Positions 62,576 through 64,000 of a stretch of 64,000 nt of DNA are shown piece by piece; position 1 is the first letter of the stretch, and every line of letters begins with the position of its first letter. The translations under genes and the position numbers were made by a program. This stretch comes from Deltaproteobacteria bacterium. Lineage in GTDB: Bacteria; Desulfobacterota; Binatia; Binatales; Binataceae. Location: positions 18,324 to 82,323 of the forward strand of contig JAJXZF010000061.1 in the NCBI GenBank assembly GCA_021780225.1, written 5' to 3'. The notes under the pieces were generated by a model, which worked only from the letters and a program-made list of their open reading frames with translations, was not told the origin of the DNA and did not search any database.

Positions 62576-63720
62576 CGCACCGCCGGCCTGCGCGCGAGCG
62601 CAAGCAGCGCGCCGAGCGTCGCCATCGCCATCACCACCGAAGTCCCGCCGTAGCTGATGAAGGGCAGCGGCAATCCTTTGGTCGGCGCAAGACCGATCAC
62701 CACGGCGATATTGACCAGCGCCTGCAACGTGATCATCGCCGTGAGTCCGACCGCCAGCAGGCTCGCGAACGGCTCCGGCTCCTCATGCGCGATGCGCAGT
62801 CCGCGGAACAGGATTGCGCAAAATAGAGCGAACACGAGCAGCGCTCCCGCCAGACCGAATTCCTCGGTGATAACGGCGAAGACGAAGTCGGTATGCGCCT
62901 GCGGAAGATAGAACATTTTCTGCCGGCCCGCGCCGAGTCCGGCGCCCCATCCGCCGCCTTCGCCAAGCGCGATCAAAGATTGGATCAGTTGGAATCCGGC
63001 GCCGCGCGCAGTCCGCCATGGATCGGCGAACGTCACCAGCCGCTTTATCCTATATGGTTTCGCGATCGCCTGCAGCGCCAGGATCGCGGCCGCGCACGCG
63101 CCCGTGCGCGCCAGGTCCAGCAATCGCGCGCCGCCCGCGAAGAGCATCACGAACAGAATCGCCGCGAGCATCACGGTGGTCCCGAAATCGGGTTGCTTGA
63201 GCACCGGAATCGCGATCAGTCCCACGACGATCATCGCGGGCAGCGGACCGCGCTTGAAATCCGCCATCCGATCGTGCCGCCGCGCAAGATAGTCGGCGAG
63301 AAAGAAGACGACGGCGAACTTGACCAGTTCCGACGGTTCGGCGAGCAGCGGTCCCAGCCGCACCCAGCGCCGCGCGCCGCCGCGCACCACGCCAAGGCCG
63401 GGAATCCAGATCAACGCCAGCAAAATGACCGACGCGATCATCAGCGGCTTGGCGAGCCGCCTGAGACCGGCGAGCGACAGTTGCGAAAGCGCGATCATCA
63501 CGATCAAACCGGCGCCGATATGAATCAGATGGAGCTTGAAAAAATGAAAAGCGTCCCCGGTCTTTTCCTGGCCGAGGAAATAAGTTGTGTTCAGCACCAT
63601 CAGCAGGCCGAGCGCAGTCAACGCCGCCGCCGGGACCCACAGCCACGGATCGGGACGCTCCGGCGCGACCGCCTCAAAGCGCCCGAACCAGCTCCTGAAA
63701 TACGCGCCCGCGCTCCGCAT
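62572..63720 (-). CDS. ftsW: SEDS family peptidoglycan glycosyltransferase FtsW
   Basis: Polytopic, with QPSE-like AEPSELVK and LPQAHTDFVFA motifs. Confidence 0.88.
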   Translation of the reverse strand: MRSAGAYFRSWFGRFEAVAPERPDPWLWVPAAALTALGLLMVLNTTYFLGQEKTGDAFHFFKLHLIHIGAGLIVMIALSQLSLAGLRRLAKPLMIASVILLALIWIPGLGVVRGGARRWVRLGPLLAEPSELVKFAVVFFLADYLARRHDRMADFKRGPLPAMIVVGLIAIPVLKQPDFGTTVMLAAILFVMLFAGGARLLDLARTGACAAAILALQAIAKPYRIKRLVTFADPWRTARGAGFQLIQSLIALGEGGGWGAGLGAGRQKMFYLPQAHTDFVFAVITEEFGLAGALLVFALFCAILFRGLRIAHEEPEPFASLLAVGLTAMITLQALVNIAVVIGLAPTKGLPLPFISYGGTSVVMAMATLGALLALARRPAVR

Positions 63721-64000
63721 AATCCTTGAATTGATCGAAACTCGAACAGGCCGGCGAGAGCAGCACCGTATCGCCCGGACGCGCCCGCTCGGCCGCGATT
63801 CGCGTCGCCTCGCGCATCGACGGCGCCGCTTCGATCGCCGCCGCGCCCGCCAGCGCCGCGCCCATTTTTTCGCGCGCCGCGCCGTTCAAAATCACCAGCC
63901 GCGCGCGCTCCCGGACGGCCGCTCGGAGCGGCCCGTAGTCGCCGCCCTTGTCGACGCCGCCCGCGATCAGGATGACCGGCGGCGCGACCGCGTTCAGCGC
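63674..64000 (-). CDS. murD: UDP-N-acetylmuramoylalanine--D-glutamate ligase, C-terminal part (5' end off the window)
   Basis: The frame is open to the window edge. ...VILIAGGVDKGGDY...VLLSPACSSFDQFKDYAERG is the MurD C-terminus. Confidence 0.85.
   Translation of the reverse strand, partial: ALNAVAPPVILIAGGVDKGGDYGPLRAAVRERARLVILNGAAREKMGAALAGAAAIEAAPSMREATRIAAERARPGDTVLLSPACSSFDQFKDYAERGRVFQELVRAL

Noticed and set aside
1-64000. Scan for CRISPR arrays, tRNA/rRNA genes, IS elements, integrases and known defence-system hallmarks (nucleases or ATPases in small operons)
   Set aside because: None was recognised. The only repeats found are the 176-bp duplication, the GT9 fragment, the DUF455 paralogs and the 20-bp tandem pair reported above.

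Overview
High-GC sequence (by eye roughly two-thirds G+C) from a diderm bacterium, judged from LptE, GT9 heptosyltransferase-like enzymes and Wza/Wzi-type outer-membrane export proteins. I cannot assign a phylum. No rRNA, tRNA, CRISPR array, transposase or integrase was recognised.

Layout:
- 1-17.7 kb: housekeeping genes. These are ruvA/ruvC/yebC, a large double GT-C membrane glycosyltransferase, mazG, rpsT, holA, lptE, nusB, a riboflavin operon lacking ribE and ribH, nrdR, acpP, fabD, plsX, rpmF and yceD.
- 17.9-36.6 kb: a roughly 19 kb co-directional Wzx/Wzy-type surface-polysaccharide locus on the minus strand. It is headed by an RfaH/NusG-like antiterminator gene followed by an exact ops-consensus element. 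It carries a duplication scar around a lower-GC wzy-like gene.
- 36.9-45.9 kb: a patchwork of oxygenase and redox genes. Two are decayed: a frameshifted HpaB-family gene and a 3' remnant of an acyl-CoA-dehydrogenase-like gene.
- 46.1-49.9 kb: a TetR-headed, tightly coupled operon of three ferritin-like ExxH di-iron proteins (two are tandem DUF455-like paralogs) plus two small paralogous proteins. This is my best candidate for an uncharacterised system.
- 50.1-52.4 kb: a lower-GC islet encoding a BNR/Asp-box secreted protein.
- 52.6-64 kb: pckG, an MFS transporter, and the distal dcw cluster murD-ftsW-murG-murC-murB-ftsQ-ftsA-ftsZ.

All functional calls rest on motifs I recognise in the translations and on synteny. 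No database search was run. Many long ORFs in the supplied track are antisense or out-of-frame artefacts of the high GC content and were discarded.
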